Below, piece after piece: positions 52,182-64,000 of a DNA stretch of 64,000 nt. The notes under the pieces were generated by a model. The model saw only the letters and a program-made list of their open reading frames with translations. It was not told the DNA's origin and ran no database searches. The position numbers and the translations under genes are program-made. The DNA lies in NCBI RefSeq assembly GCF_020745735.1, contig NC_083426.1:3038001-3102000 (forward strand), given 5' to 3'. The DNA comes from Hemiscyllium ocellatum (Eukaryota). The number at the start of each line of letters is the position of its first letter. Position 1 is the first letter of the stretch.

Positions 52182-52639
52182 CAGAAGTTTTCATTATTAT
52201 CCCAGAATCTGCCTGTTGTAAAGAGATTTAGTATTTCCCGCCCCGTTTGATGTGCCTTTTGAGATTATTGTTTATTGGAAGTGCATAAATATATGTATCT
52301 CTTTTTCAGGTGTTCTTCAACAAGTGTATATATTTAGCCATAACAGTGCCATTTAGTTTTACTGAAATATCCACTGATGTTATCATTCAGGCACTTCAGA
52401 CTTTCTGGATTATTATTCTGGTATTATCCAGATTTTCTGAAGTGAAAGACAGTTGTCTAAAACCACCCTGTATGAGGATTAGAATTCCTAAACTCTTTAA
52501 GACTTAAAGATTTAAACTTCTGGAATTTCCAGGAGAAATATCTAGAGTGGGATTAAACAAAATGTCATTTTACTGTTTTGCATTCAACTTATTTGTTCAT
52601 TGTCTGTAAACAGAAAGGTTGAAGAGGGGAAGGGTTTGT

Positions 52640-52860
52640 TGGTTAATTCTGTTGGCTTATAACACAGAGTGAGGCTAACAGTGTGGGTTCAATCCCCATA
52701 CCGGCAGAGGTTACCAGGATGGGCTCTCTTTCTCAATCTCTCTCCCTCACCTGAGGCATGATGACCGTCAGGTTAAACCACCACCAATCATCTCTCTTTC
52801 TCTCTGTAATGGGAGAGCAACCTGATGGTCTAGTAAGACTATGGTGACTTTACATTTTTT
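52640..52860 (+). mobile_element. tRNA-derived SINE (family not identified)
   Basis: B-box-like gtgggttcaatccc followed by a SINE-like body. Confidence 0.45.
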
Positions 52861-52974
52861 AAATATGAGTGTTATGCAGAAAAAAATCCTGTTAGTCAGG
52901 TTTTCATGCATCGTCCAATCCAGTAACAAGGAGGGTCTTGCTCTCTAATTGGTACTTTACTAGGATATCTGTGA

Positions 52975-53193
52975 GGAGAAAGTGAGGTCTGCAGATGCTG
53001 GAGATCAGAACTGAAAATGTGTTGCTGGAAAAGCGCAGCAGGTCAGGCAGCATCCAAGGAGCAGGAGAATCAACATTTCGGGCATAAGCCCTTCTTCAGG
53101 AATTCTGAAGAAGGGCTTATGCCCGAAACGTCGAATCTCCTGTTCCTTGGATGCTGCCTGACCTGCTGTGCTTTTCCAGCAACACATTTTCAG
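52975..53193. mobile_element. Palindromic hairpin element (family A) with hammerhead cores on both strands
   Basis: Centre GGAATTC. TSD ctaggatatctgtga 52960-52974 / ctaggatgtctgtga 53194-53208. Confidence 0.92.
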
Positions 53194-53803
53194 CTAGGAT
53201 GTCTGTGACCAATCTCAAACAAGGGGAGGGATTAGGTAGGACATTGGAGCTGGATGATAAATCCTCCAGGAATATCTGCCAACAGAGTGGGAACCCTGTT
53301 GGAAAAGTTGTTGAAAGTTTTATATTAGGGTCAGTAACAGAAGGCACTGGAGGCCAGACGTTTTGGATTCTATTCCCATCATCCCCCCATTAACTGTTAT
53401 CTCATTTTCAAGTTAAGATCTCACAACCATACTCTATTTTGGAGAGCTGGTTAATTTCTAAATGTCTATTACATGCATGAGTATAGGAACATTACCTGTC
53501 AACCCCAAACCGGGACAGGGGTAATGCGAAGGACTGTCTCTTTGAGATACAGTATGTTACTGGGCCCTGAAATTCTCACTGAGTTGTTTCCACTGTGTTA
53601 GTGTAATTTGATTTCCTGTGCAGCAGACGTCCCTGTTTATATAGTTATCACCTTGTAGTGTAGTAACGACAGAAGCATAGGAATTGGGAGAGCTCACATG
53701 GAACCATTCCATTTTCACTACTAGTAACAGAAATTTTTATTCAAGATGAACCTCTGAATGTCTGCTGGCAATTATACAATATTGCTATATCTCCTTAAAC
53801 AAA

Positions 53804-54010
53804 ATTAAAAATCACATAACACCAGGTTATAGTCCAGTGGGTTTATTTGGAAGTTGCATGTCACTGTAATGTTTTGCTATAAATTCTGTGTCTTATGGTC
53901 CTACTCCACAACCTGCTGATGAAGGAGCTGCGCTCTGAATGCTAGTGCTAGTGGTGTTGTGTGATTTTGAACTTTGTGCACCCCAATCCAACACTGGCAT
54001 CTCCAAATCA
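53804..54010. mobile_element. Short Penelope-derived element (family C)
   Basis: TSD tccttaaacaaa at 53792-53803 and 54847-54858, displaced by the nested insertion. Confidence 0.7.
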
Positions 54011-54015
54011 TCCTT

Positions 54016-54839
54016 GGTTGAAGATTTGTAGCTCGGGTGTCCGTTGTGGTGGTTCTGTTCGCCGAGCTGGAAGTTTTTGCTGCAAACGTTTCGTTCCCTG
54101 GCTAGGGAACATCATCAGTGCTATTGGAGCCTCCTGTGAAGCGCTGCTTTGATGTTTCTTCCGGTATTTATAGTGGTTTGTTCTTGCCGCTTCCGGGTGT
54201 CAGTTTCAGCTGTAGTAGTTTGTATGTGGGGTCCAGGTCGATGTGTCTGTTGATGAATGTTCTTGCCGCTTCCGGGTGTCAGTTTCAGCTGTAGTGGTTT
54301 GTATATGGGGTCCAGGTCTATGTGTCTGTTAATAAGCCCGAACACTATATAGGACAAACAGGAAGACAGCTAACAATCCGCATCCATGAACATCAGCTAG
54401 CCACAAAACGACATGACCAGCTATCCCTAGTAGCCATACACTCAGACAACCAGGAACATGAATTTGACTGGGAAAACACTACCATCATAGGACAAGCCAG
54501 ACAGAGAACAGCCAGGGAATTCCTAGAGGCATGGCATTCATCCACAAACTCCATTAACAGACACATAGACCTGGACCCCATATACAAACCACTACAGCTG
54601 AAACTGACACCCGGAAGCGGCAAGAACATTCATCAACAGACACATCGACCTGGACCCCACATACAAACTACTACAGCTGAAACTGATACCCGGAAGCGGC
54701 AAGAACAAACCACTATAAATACCGGAAGAAACATCAAAGCAACGCTTCACAGGAGGCTCCAATAGCACTGATGATGTTCCCTAGCCAGGGAACGAAACGT
54801 TTGCAGCAAAAACTTCCAGCTCGGCGAACAGAACCACAA
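54016..54839. mobile_element. Young Penelope-like element (family B), inverted 3' ends, GIY-YIG remnant
   Basis: ORF 54322-54765 'HYIGQTGRQLTIRIHEH...AREFLEAWHS', near-identical arms, and TSD caaatcatcctt at 54004-54015 and 54840-54851. Confidence 0.92.
54765..54804 (+). ncRNA. Minimal hammerhead motif (family B)
   Basis: GCA-CTGATGA-T-GTTCCC tagcca GGGAAC-GAAACGTT-TGC. An identical inverted copy is at 54082-54121. Confidence 0.8.
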
Positions 54840-54879
54840 CAAATCATCCTTAAACAAAGGCACCCTTGGATCTGAACGT

Positions 54880-55530
54880 GCTGTCCACTGAGACTCAGTG
54901 GGTGATACTCGTTCCTATGAGTCAAAAGGTTAGTGGGTTGAAGTCTCACTCCAGAGGTTGATACACTCCAGGACTGAGGGTGTGTTATATTGTCAGAAAT
55001 GCCATCATTTGGATGAAACATTAACTGAAACCCTCACCTCCCTCTCAAACTAATGTAGCAGGTTCCATGGCTCTATTTCAAAGAGTGCATGGAGCTATTC
55101 TCAGTATCCAAACTTTATCCATCTGTTAATATCATTAAAAAGGCACTATCCAGTTATTATCACATTATATCTCATTATCACATCTCTATGTCTTCTTTAC
55201 CACCATTAGCACTCCATTTGTCTTTTGCTATGAGTCCCTCATTGTCTTTTCCACTCCCACCCCTCTCCCTCTGTCAATACTATATAAACTAGTTTCCAGC
55301 CATTCCAGTTCTTAAGGGTCATGTCAGATTCAAAACATGAACTCTACTTTCTCTCTTTACAGACCTGCTGATTTTCTCCAGCAAATGTCTGTTTTTATTG
55401 TCACATTATTGTCTATGGAGCTGCCTGTGACCAAATTGACTGCCACATTTCCAAGATTACAACAGTGACTATACTTCACAAAGTACTTTGGAATGTCCTA
55501 CAGTGGTGAAAATCGCTACAGAAATTCAGG
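54880..55530 (+). mobile_element. Deu-domain SINE interrupted by a family D element
   Basis: tRNA-like head, Deu-like core 'actgagggtgtg..tgccatcatttggatgaaacattaa', and a 3' part resuming at about 55400. Confidence 0.55.
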
Positions 55531-56972
55531 TTGTTACTGCTGTTCTGTGTCATCGGAATATTCTGACACCACTGTCTGTGGCAGCCAGTTGTCACCTTTT
55601 TTTTGTTTAAAATCAAAAGGCCAAACCCCTGAGGAAAGAGTTTCATAGAAAGAAAATTACAAAATGAAATTCTATGTCTCGAACAATCATGGCTAGTTCC
55701 AGCTACCAGATTTAATTTTAGACTAGGCTGTCAAACAACATGTAAAAGCAAAAAGCAATAGACAAATACAATATAATGCTTCAACCTCAAAACTGATTCA
55801 CGCCCCACAGCACAGTGTGAGAGCAACTCAGTATATTCCATTGCAATTGCATTTTTCAGTTGCGACTGTGATTCGGTTTGTAATGGACAAAATCTGGCGT
55901 TTGGAGCGGGAGAGAACGGACTTTCGAACAGTGTGTTGATCGCTTGTAATTAGTAGGTTGCTGGTAGGCATCCAGTGTGTTAGGTTTTGATCACTGCTCT
56001 GACAGTGAACAGAATGGAAGTAGGAATGGAAAGACATGTGTGATAATGAAACTTGGAAACCCCAAGTCTGGAATGTGTGGTATTTGTAAAGTACACATGC
56101 ACCAATCCAAGAGGGAATTCAGGGGAAAAAACATTTGATGAGAGAATAAGGAGAATGTGGGACACTGGTTCTCTCTCCACTCACGCTGTCAAACTTGCTG
56201 AGTTTCTCCAATACTTTCTGTTTTTCTATTAATGAGAAAGTGGGACTCATTACCACAATGAGTGTTTAAAGTGAATATGAAACTGGATAAACACATGAAT
56301 AAGATGATGTGCTGATTGAGAGAATTTTGTAATAGAGTTCCTAGGACAAAATCAGGCCATTTAATCTGATGGGTGCCGCTGTTTCTGCTCCACATAAGTC
56401 TTCCCTTCCCATCTTTTATCTCACTATGTCAGCATAACCTTCTATTTCATTCTTTCCGTGTTCAAACCCGTACAGAGCAGGTGAGCTGAATGGCCTGTTG
56501 CTCATTCTCTCAGCCTCTATGGTGTCTGTTCACTACAGCTGACATCTGGTGACAACTACAGCTGCTAGACCTGAGCAGCTTCAACCAGGAACTACTGAAG
56601 AATAAAATGTTGTGATGAATTAACTCTGAAAGCAAATCAGCTTCAAACTAACTCGTGTGATGAACTGTGAGTGTCTGTGTATGCATGTGTCTACATTAGA
56701 TTTATATGTGTGTCTGTGTATTTGTACATTTGCATGTCTTTATTTGTGCATCTATCTGGTTTTGTCTAAGTCTGTGTTTCTCTGTATGGTATCTGTGGCT
56801 ATGGTTCTATGTGCATCATGTGCCAGTTTTTCAGTTTTTTGTTTTCAGTGTGTATCTGTGTCTCTGAGTGTGTATTGGTGTAAGTCTGTGCATATGATTC
56901 CAACTGTGTATACATGTATTTCTTCATGTATGCGTGGTTTTTTGAGTTTCAGTGTTCTTATGTGTTTGAATC

Positions 56973-57020
<48 letters not shown>
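56973..57020. repeat. (TG)n(AG)n compound microsatellite within a TG-rich low-complexity tract (56660-57150)
   Basis: Seen directly. Confidence 0.95.
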
Positions 57021-57024
<4 letters not shown>

Positions 57025-58695
57025 TACATGTTTGTTTGTGTATGGATCTGACAGTGTGAATATGTTTGTGTGTATGTGGATCTGCAAGTGTGTGGGTCTG
57101 AGAGTGTGTACACATATGTGGGTGTGTGGATTTCTCTCTGTGGGTGGTGGGTGGGGGAGGCTCAGCCCAAGAGAACTCAAATGAAACACTTTCTTTCCAT
57201 TTCATGTGCCTTTAATTCAGCTCTACGCACAGATCTGCAGGTGAAATTGTTCATCAGCCCTGGAGCAGCCAGGAATTCGCAAAATAACAACAGGTTGACT
57301 TACACGTTAAAAATATTGCCATTTCAAAAATAAAGATCCTCAAAAACAGTGTCACTGGTTCACTAGGGAAAATCTGTAATCAGATTCCATGTCTCTCAAC
57401 CCGAAAGGAGAAACAGTGTTGAGCAAAATCTCCTGCTCATTAAACCTTGACTTTCCTGTTGAGTGTTCAGCAATGGAAAGCAATGGGCCTTTCTGTGATA
57501 CCCTCTTTAGCCAAATAGACCATTGCCACCAGGGGGCATCTGGTACCTGCCGAACTGTTAGCTTGGCTGGAAAAAGGGAGAGAAAATAATATCTGGTGTA
57601 GCTTGATATGGGAAGACATGCTGAGGGTTGGAGGGAGAATTATGGTATAGATTCAGTGCACACAGCAAAGGTGAGTTTATAGTCACCCAACGAGATAATT
57701 CTCACTAACATCACAACATTAGATGGAACATGGATCACAGTTGCAGTCTCCTTTAGGCTGCTTACAAGACATTAGACAAAAACCAGCAAGATAAACAATG
57801 TTTTAGGCCTGACACATTCAACAACACTAAGGACAGAACAATTTTTCACATTGATTTCTTTAAACATCTTTGAGTTTACAAGCAGCCACAGTGATGGGTT
57901 TGATTACTGACTCAGGGGCTGAAGGATCCCAGATCCCAATCCTACATCATGCACTGGCTGAGGAAGATGCATAACTCTGTACAGTAAGCTCACACATGAA
58001 CCTTGTGCAAGGACCAGGAAAACTGGTTCCTGGTATGGGTCAGGTTTAAAGTTCTTGGGTTTGGTTTTACCAGAGGCTGGTGATATGCTGCAGATAATGA
58101 GAGGCTGAAGAAGACTTGGACCCTCTCCAGATGCTTACAGTGGCTCAGCTACAGCCAATTATCCAGTGTGGCACTGCCATTGTGATAGTGGGAGTGCTGT
58201 AACGCCAGATGTGCCAGCTTTCAGATGCAACATTAATCTGAAGTTTATTCTCTAGGTAGGTGCACAGAATCCATGATACTATTTCAAATAGGAGAGAGGG
58301 GAATTCCCCCCAGTGTCTTGGGGTAATGTTTATTCTGCATCCAACATTAATAGTACAGAATATCTAGACACTTATCACTGTGTTGTTTGAAGGAGCTTGA
58401 TGTTGCCCGTAATGCAAAGATATCGTTCCTTCTATTTCTCAGTTATTATGTGACTTTCTGCACATTCTACGTATTCAATTTGCACAATCACATTTTTCAT
58501 AGAGTATAAACATCAGATCTCTAACATCTCCTCAGTACTCCAGTATTCTAACTCTCTGCTCACTGCACCATATTAATCCCCCTCTGTAACTGCAACACTC
58601 GACTACAAATGCACTTTGACTGCAATGTCCCTTAAATGGACTAAGCAACACTTATTAAAAGGAGCTTAGCTGTACAGTTTACCTCTGTCATGTAG

Positions 58696-58919
58696 TTGAA
58701 AATGTGTTGCTGGAAAAGCGCAGCAGGTCAGGCAGCATCCAAGGAGCAGGAGAATCGACATTTCGGGCATGAGCCCTTCTTCAGGAATGAGGGCTCATGC
58801 CCGAAACGACGATTCTCCTGCTCCTTAGATGCTGCCTGGCCTGCTGCATTTTTCCAGCAACAAATTTTCAGCTATCATCTCCAGCATCTGCAGTCCTCAC
58901 TTGCTCCAAGAAGATTCTA
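58696..58919. mobile_element. Palindromic hairpin element (family A)
   Basis: TSD tgtcatgtag at 58686-58695 and 58920-58929. Confidence 0.88.
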
Positions 58920-59864
58920 TGTCATGTAGGTTAATTCGAGTGGGATTGTATAGATAGAGGTAGACCATTCAGCCCCTCAAGCCTGTTATTCCATTCAATA
59001 AGATCTTGACTGATCTACAAATTAAATGTGCCTGCCTTCCTTTGTCCATATTTCTTACTATCTTTGGCGATATAAAAATCTACTGAACTCAGATTTAAAA
59101 TGAACAATCATTTCAGCATTGATTGTCTTTCAAGTTTCCAGATTTCTGCCACCTTTGAGTATAAATGCTTCCTGCTTTCACTCCGAAAAGCCCTGGCATG
59201 ATGTTTCAAATAGTGCCCTCCAGTCTAGTCTGCCCAGTCTGTGATAGTCCCCATCTATCGATTGAAACAGTTCTCCACAACAGCTTGGAAATCTTTGGTC
59301 CAATGACCCCATAATCTTCTGAGTTCCAGCGAACAGACCCCAAATGGATAATTATTCCTCGGAGTTTAACCATTTGTGTCCAAGGATTATTCTGGTAAAT
59401 CTGGATAAAGATGGTTCTACCACATATGCCAAGTGTCAGGGACCTTCCACACAATAACTGTCCTTCTCATCACCACCCCACCCCACATCTCCGATCACCA
59501 GACAACAGTCCCAGGCATCAATAGATACTTTCCTGCCATCACATGTTTCTCGAATGATCAGTGCGTTCCCTTCCTCAAACCAGAGCCATGATGAAAAATA
59601 GCCGAGGAAATAGAAGAGGCTCACAGAAAACTAGCTACAGATGATGAGACATGAGCAACATTCTCCATGTGTGGTTGCCTAAATTCCTCAGACCTGTTGT
59701 TGCTCTGACATAGACTATCTACAATTACAGACACCATGAAGACATAAATCACTATATCTTTTAAAAGTAAATACTTGCATCTACCAGCAGCTACATGCAG
59801 TATAGCCAGGTACATGCAGCGTCCATTTGAAGTTGTGACTAATTAGGTTTTACTTATATACATT

Positions 59865-59870
59865 TTTATT
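59865..59870 (-). terminator. Candidate poly(A) signal of AMIGO1
   Basis: TTTATT on + (AATAAA on -), about 1.6 kb past the stop, at the end of a repeat-poor stretch. Confidence 0.4.
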
Positions 59871-61504
59871 TTATAAGGTTCATTATAATCTGGATTTAAC
59901 ATATTCATTGGAAATTTTAGTTAATGCAATTCTCATTCAGGAGGATTCTGCCTGAGCTGATCAGTACATTGGGCTAAGTTGCGAGAGACACACAACATTC
60001 AGCTTCCCTGCCTGCTGCAACGAGTCTTCAATGATTCATGTACTGCAGTGCCTACACTGGACAGCAATAGTAACAGTATTATACAAGTCAACACACAAAA
60101 TACAGGGACAAGGGATATTTGATGCTAAACAATGGAAAGATCAGAATTGTGTTTCCTACATTATAACAAGCCCACATAAAAAAAAACTTCATTAACTATG
60201 AAACATTTTTGGCCATCCTAAGGCTGAGAAAGGTGCTACCTAAATGCAAGTTCTTTTTCTTTAAAAGATGTCTGTCTCACTCAGTATCTGGCTCCGATGA
60301 GTTTTTAAAATCCATTTCCACTGTTCACTTTTGTCTCCTCCTAACCCAAGGCTGTTAACTCTTGCTGGGCTGTAGTTTCAAGACCAGCTAATATTGCCCT
60401 CCAGTAGCTTCCCTTAATCTTTATACTATGAGTGAGTGCAGTGAACTGGTCACAACAGAACCCAATTCAGACCTGCAGACAGGGAGCAGGGAGCCCGATT
60501 ATAACCTGCATTTTAACCCTGGGCATGCTGAATCCAACATTACGAACCACATCTGAAATGAATTACACATACATGAAATGAGACAACACAAGCAATACTA
60601 TAGACAGGTGCAGCTGAACATTACCAGATATACATGAATCGCTCCCTTTCTTTCCCAGTATGTCCTGGATATTGTTTTTGATTTGTGTCCCTATGAAATC
60701 CCTTTTGTTCCTCATTCATTTCATCTCACTGCGTCGGTGGGAAAAAGACTTGTTCAGGCAGAGTGAACCAATAGAGATCAGTGACCACACACAATGTGAC
60801 GCTTTGGGCCTGTCCTCCAGGGTTTTACAGCAGCTGCTCATGCAGTGGTCACTGGCCCATACAACACACGGAGTGGAAACACAGGCTGACTCTTCCCAAA
60901 CACTTGGACTTTTAGAATCACCAGAGGCAAGAACAGCAGCTTGATTTTGAATGAATTCACAAGCCATAGACTCTTCAGAGACCTGGATGTTTATTGGAAA
61001 TCGTTGCTGGTAAAACGTGGTCCCCCAACTCACCAGCAGAAATTTGGAGACTTGTCTTCACCCCTCCCAACCCCACGCTGGTACAGCCTTTCATTGGATT
61101 TGGATTTTGCAAGCAGCCTTTCTCGAATGCACAGGTGTCACATTGAAGCATTCTCTGATTGGACAATGCCATTGACTGCAGTCATTGATTCAGGCCCAGT
61201 CACAGATGCAGCAAGTAGATTGGTCACCGTTGTGAAACTGCAAAGCCTACTCAGTCAGCTGGGAGTATGAAGTAATTTAGGAAAATAAATACATATTATG
61301 TAATATTGCAGACAATTAAGATCTCACTCTGACCATGTAGTTTGCTGACCCACCATGTCCCTGATCTATGTCTCTGCAAATAGCTTTGGTCCAATTGAGA
61401 GAGTCAGCTGCGGATTATTCCCACGCTCGGATACTAAGCATTGGCAGCCCTCACCCTGCATCCTGCCTGGAGCCTGTGCCTAATACAAACATGGTGAAAG
61501 TTTG

Positions 61505-63025
61505 TTAAACGACAATGGGACAGTCTGAGGAGATGGAGCCAACAGAACCGCAGTCAGATTTCTTTCTGGGCACAGTCAAGAGTCTCTTGTCCTCAAATTC
61601 CTCCACAGCATTGGGTTTGAGTTTCCCATTCTGCCCTTGCATATCCTTGGAGGGTTCTATGAAGGCCACTCGTCGATCCATAGCGGCTTTGTCCCCAGAA
61701 ACATCATGGGTGGACGCGGCACTCAGCATGGATGAGTGAATGCTCTCCTCTTGCTGACTCCTCTGCTTCTCGGCTTTGCTCCTGCACCGACAGTGACATG
61801 GTGTGAGGTACAAGTAAATGAGAACCAAGATCACGCTGGCAACGCAGCCAACCAGCGTGGTGTAGGCTGTGTTCAGTGATTCGTGTGTAGGGCTCACTGT
61901 GGAATTGTGAACTTTCAGTTGGACGTGGATTGTCTCATTGAACTGGCTGCTGGTGGCCAGGCAAGTATAAATTCCAGAATCTTCCAGCCTCAGATTACCA
62001 AGCCACAGGCTGCCATTGGGAAATACCTTCAAACTTCGGTTGTTGTGGCCAGGCTGGATGGTCTCATTGTCTGGGGTCACCCATACTTTGTTCATGTTCC
62101 TCAGTCTGGTGTCACAGTGAAAAGTCAACGTCCCTTCAAGGAAGGCCTCCACCTCAGAGTCAATGACAGTACTGCAGTTCATGTAGTCTTCTTGCAGCTC
62201 AAAGAGCTTGATGGACACCTTGTGGTTAAAGGGAAGGACACACTTGAACTCATTCCTGAAGTCCACGGCAGAATTGAACTGCCGAGCATGCCATTGGGTG
62301 ACCATGAGATAAAGGTTACAATGGCAGCTCAGAGGGTTGTTGTGGATGTACAGGCCGTTTTTGAGGTACGCAGGTAAACTGTTGAGCTCCTGAACAGGCA
62401 GAGACTTTATCTTGTTACTGGACACATCTAGAAGCTCCAGTGCTGTCAGCCTGGTATTTTCCTTCACCAACTCCAGCGGGAAGCGAGCGATCAGATTCTG
62501 GCTGAGGTACAGCTTCTTCAGGCTGTCCAAGCCTTCGAACGCTGTCCTGTCAATCTGTGAGATTTGGTTGTTGTACAACAGCAGCACCTCCAAATCTTCT
62601 AGCCCTTGGAAGTGTAACTCTTCCAAAGCTTTCAGCTTGTTGGAGGACAGATCAAGGTATTTCAAATGCGGCACCTCAGTGAAGGCTTCTTCAGACGTGA
62701 AGAACAGGCCATTGTGGCTGAGAAGCAGAGTGTGGAGTCTGAACAGGCGAACTGTGGTCCACTTCGCTCGCAAATGAGTCAGGCTGTTGTAGCTGAGGTC
62801 CAGGACTGCTGTATATTCTGGCAGAGACTTGGGGATATTAACCAGCTCCTTTTTAGAACAGCTAACGATATTGCTTGCACAGATGCAGGCGGAGTGGCAG
62901 TTCAGAGACAACACACTCAGGGGGCAGTTGGCGCACACAGTGATGAGAAGTAAAACAGTGAGGTGGGAGACTCCGCAATGGTATCCTCTGCTCAGGTGAG
63001 ACTCCCACAGGCAGCTTACCCACAT
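61505..63025 (-). CDS. AMIGO1: Amphoterin-induced protein 1 (LRR + Ig type I membrane protein), 506 aa, single coding exon
   Basis: Signal peptide, LRRNT (CHSACICASNIVSC), about 6 LRRs, LRRCT (NNPLSCHC), Ig domain (DSGIYTC), TM 'LNTAYTTLVGCVASVILVLIYLYLTPC', and C-terminal ..SDCPIVV. Convergent next to CYB561D1 as in human. Confidence 0.93.
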   Translation of the reverse strand: MWVSCLWESHLSRGYHCGVSHLTVLLLITVCANCPLSVLSLNCHSACICASNIVSCSKKELVNIPKSLPEYTAVLDLSYNSLTHLRAKWTTVRLFRLHTLLLSHNGLFFTSEEAFTEVPHLKYLDLSSNKLKALEELHFQGLEDLEVLLLYNNQISQIDRTAFEGLDSLKKLYLSQNLIARFPLELVKENTRLTALELLDVSSNKIKSLPVQELNSLPAYLKNGLYIHNNPLSCHCNLYLMVTQWHARQFNSAVDFRNEFKCVLPFNHKVSIKLFELQEDYMNCSTVIDSEVEAFLEGTLTFHCDTRLRNMNKVWVTPDNETIQPGHNNRSLKVFPNGSLWLGNLRLEDSGIYTCLATSSQFNETIHVQLKVHNSTVSPTHESLNTAYTTLVGCVASVILVLIYLYLTPCHCRCRSKAEKQRSQQEESIHSSMLSAASTHDVSGDKAAMDRRVAFIEPSKDMQGQNGKLKPNAVEEFEDKRLLTVPRKKSDCGSVGSISSDCPIVV

Positions 63026-63329
63026 TGTCAGGCTTTAGGAAGTGGTCACTGAGTGTAACAGGGTAGACCAGGAATCATACCACGCAAGGGAGGCAGCTCG
63101 GCTGAAAGCAGGCATTTCTGGCACCAGGGGGTTGTTGCATTTGAAGCCATCAATAATTGAACAGAGTGCAGACAGCAAGTGGAAACTGGCACGGTGCCAG
63201 CCCCCTGCATTTAACAACAAAACTCACTGCTGGGATTTGAACCATGACTAGTATTTACCAATTTGCACCGCTCACATACTGGTCCAGGCAGGAAAAGTTT
63301 TACTTTCTGCTGAGAAGATCAAATGTTGT

Positions 63330-63800
63330 GACTCCCGGTGATCCCGGCGGCCGGTTCCCCGCCTGCCTTTCGAACCTCCCTCAATGCGGATCAACATTCA
63401 GGGACAGAGCGGCGCTGCTCCCTTCCCCAGTGCAGAGGCACGTCCAACCTGCAAACCCATTAGATCCGAGAGAGGAGGCGGCTGCAACGGGCAGACTTTT
63501 GGGTTTGGGGGAAGGTAGGATGGAGAGACGGAAAGAGCCAGGAAATCCCGTGCAGCAGGTCCCGGGGCAGGAAGATCCCAGATTGAGATTGCAGATCCCC
63601 GTCTATCTCTCCCGCTCCGTCCTCCAGCCTCTGGCCATTCGGCTCCCTGCGCACTCGTTCTTTCCAAAAGCCCAGTCTGTTTATCTCTCTGCTCTTTGCT
63701 CTGTCCTTATTGGAGGAGAGGGGCATCCATCCGCAACTCTTTGCCAACTCCGCCAGCCCATTGGCCAGAGGATTGAAGCCAACCATCCAATGAGCAGTGC
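63330..63800 (-). promoter_or_regulatory. Putative AMIGO1 CpG-rich 5' region/promoter
   Basis: CpG-enriched, with ATTGG/CCAAT boxes at about 63709, 63760 and 63787. Candidate acceptor ttgttgttaaatgcag| at about 63205 upstream of the ATG. Confidence 0.4.
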
Positions 63801-64000
63801 CGAGAGGTTAACCCTTTGGGGGACAGTTTTGATGGTGTATTCACTGCAGTCCCGTACGTTCACAATCTCTGCAATGACACCGAGACGAAAAAAAATTCTC
63901 CCATCATTTTGAAGGCTGTCCCTTTTATCACCTCCTCCCCACAATTATTTTAATGTTCAATCATTTTGCAGAATTCCCCATCGAATTCAGAGAAAATGAC

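Noticed and set aside
60660-61270. Consecutive + strand ORFs (94 and 109 aa) after a tttcccag
   Set aside because: No recognisable domain or consistent exon structure. They lie antisense in the AMIGO1 3' UTR.
61883-62953. + strand ORFs overlapping AMIGO1
   Set aside because: Antisense shadows of the coding sequence.
63244-63912. 222-aa + strand ORF
   Set aside because: GC-rich promoter/5' UTR region with no recognisable protein features.

Overview
Vertebrate genomic DNA, almost certainly from a shark or other cartilaginous fish (inferred from HE1-type and Deu-type SINEs, abundant CR1 LINEs and Penelope-like elements). There are three protein-coding genes. (1) A 3-exon, 354-aa minus-strand gene (9262-9161, 8245-8079, 5358-4563) that the ORF track only shows in pieces. 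It encodes a ZSWIM3/ZSWIM9-type (FAR1/WRKY-GCM1-like, Mutator-derived) Cys2His2 domain but no transposase catalytic core. (2) CYB561D1 (+; exons 10569-10737, 17254-17291, 20745-21248; 236 aa), head-to-head with gene 1 across a CpG island. (3) AMIGO1 (-; single coding exon 63025-61505), convergent with CYB561D1 as in human 1p13. Most of the rest is retroelement-derived. The most striking non-coding signal is about 15 minimal hammerhead-ribozyme motifs in four Penelope-related families, with covarying stems and a palindromic ACGT/AGCT stem III. They occur in palindromic, TSD-flanked non-autonomous hairpin elements. One truncated copy ends exactly at the predicted cleavage site, and another is joined to its target by in-register telomeric repeats. 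Repeat boundaries were read by eye and are approximate. No database searches were run.
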